In this document: positions 62,866 to 64,000 of the stretch, in pieces
Layout of the letters: the number at the start of each line of letters is the position of its first letter
How positions within the stretch are numbered: position 1 is the stretch's first letter
Source: Camelus dromedarius
Lineage: Eukaryota
NCBI RefSeq assembly: GCF_036321535.1
Contig: NC_087436.1
Location: forward strand, 6,448,001-6,512,000
Direction: 5' to 3'
Length of the DNA: 64,000 bases
Position numbers and translations under genes: made by a program
The notes under the pieces: model-generated
What the model saw: the letters and a program-made list of their open reading frames with translations, nothing else
Told to the model about the DNA's origin: nothing
Databases searched by the model: none

Positions 62866-63732
62866 TCAGAGATGGCCAGCAGGCACATGAAAAGATGTTC
62901 AACATCACTAATCATCAGAGAAATGCAAATCAAAACCACAATGAGGTATCAACTCGTATCTGTCAGAATGGCTGTCATCAAAAAGAATACAAATAACAAA
63001 TGCTGGTGATGATGTGGAGAAAAGGGAGCCCTCCTACACTGTTGGTGGGCATGTAATTTGATGCAGCTACTGTGCAAAACAGTATGGAGGTTCCTCAAAA
63101 AACTAAAAATAGAACTACCCTATGAGCCATATATTCCTCTCCTAGGTATATATCTGAAGAAAATGAAAACACTAATTGGAAAAGATACATGCACCCCAAC
63201 GTTCATAGCAGCACTATTTACAATAGCCAAGACATGGAGGCAACCTAAGTGTCCCCCACCAGATGACTGGATAAAGAAGAGGTGGTACATATATACAATG
63301 GAATACTACTCAGCCATAAAATATAATGAAATATTGCCATTTGCAGCAATGTGGATGGACCTAGAGGATAGTATGCCTGGTGAAAAAAGTCAGACAGAGA
63401 AGGACAAATACTGTATGTTATCACTTACATGTGGAATTTAAAAAGTGAAATGAACGAATATAACAGAACAAAAAGGAACTCACAGATATAGAGAACAAAC
63501 TAGTGGTTTTCAGTGAGGAGACAGAAGGAGTGAGGGATGAGATGGGGTAGGGGGTTAAGAGGTACAAAGTACTATGCATAAAATAAATAAGCTACAAGAA
63601 TGTATTGTATAGCATAAGGAATACAGTCAATATTTTATAACTTTAAATGGAGTATGACCCATAAATATTTTGAACCACCATGTTGTACATCTGAAATTAA
63701 TATATTATAAATTAATTATATTTTTTAAAAAA
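62866..63732 (+). mobile_element. L1 3' 0.9 kb
   Basis: ORF2 C-terminus [26 protein letters not shown] and [16 protein letters not shown]...YCMLSLTCGI plus 3'UTR. Confidence 0.93.
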
Positions 63733-64000
63733 GATAATCTTTTGCAAGGTATATGTTTACCTCTTTGAGAAATATATCAGAATCTCCAGAAACACATTTA
63801 TAAAATATATTTGATCATCAAAACCAGGGATACACTTTTAAAGTTTGAGAAACCTTGAATTTATGTGAATTCTATAACAGGCAACTGCTTGTCATACATA
63901 GAATAATGAGTTTGGGGGACAGAAAAGCCAAGGCATGTAACTGAAGAAACAAGCTAAGTGATCGATGGCTTTCAAACTTCTGAACATATTTATAAAATGT

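Noticed and set aside
40024..64000. RXFP1 exon 2 (LDLa module, C..GYFPCGN.TKC)
   Set aside because: No such coding sequence seen; it presumably lies beyond the window end.

Overview
Mammalian genomic DNA, almost certainly camelid: it has four copies of a tRNA-derived Vic-1-like SINE and many copies of one young L1 subfamily. The only supportable protein-coding feature is the 49-nt coding part of exon 1 of RXFP1 (relaxin receptor 1, LGR7; + strand, 39969-40017, MPSGPVFFYILILGKY, donor GTAAGT). Its promoter/5'UTR lies just upstream. About 40 kb of repeat-rich intergenic DNA precedes the exon, and about 24 kb of intron 1 follows; exon 2 (LDLa module) was not seen. Nearly all ORFs in the supplied track are L1 ORF2 remnants, microsatellite read-throughs or chance ORFs. 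Repeat family names and all human comparisons come from recalled consensus sequences, not from a search. I found no convincing new biological system. The most interesting signals are: (1) local AT-to-GC shifted, CpG-rich patches that overwrite ancient repeats and apparently the RXFP1 signal-peptide exon, suggesting GC-biased gene conversion; (2) a twin-primed 5'-inverted L1 carrying a TSD-flanked poly(A)-only micro-insertion; (3) candidate RXFP1 regulatory elements (uORF, Z-DNA/purine tract, intronic CTCF motif, MER41-like LTR).
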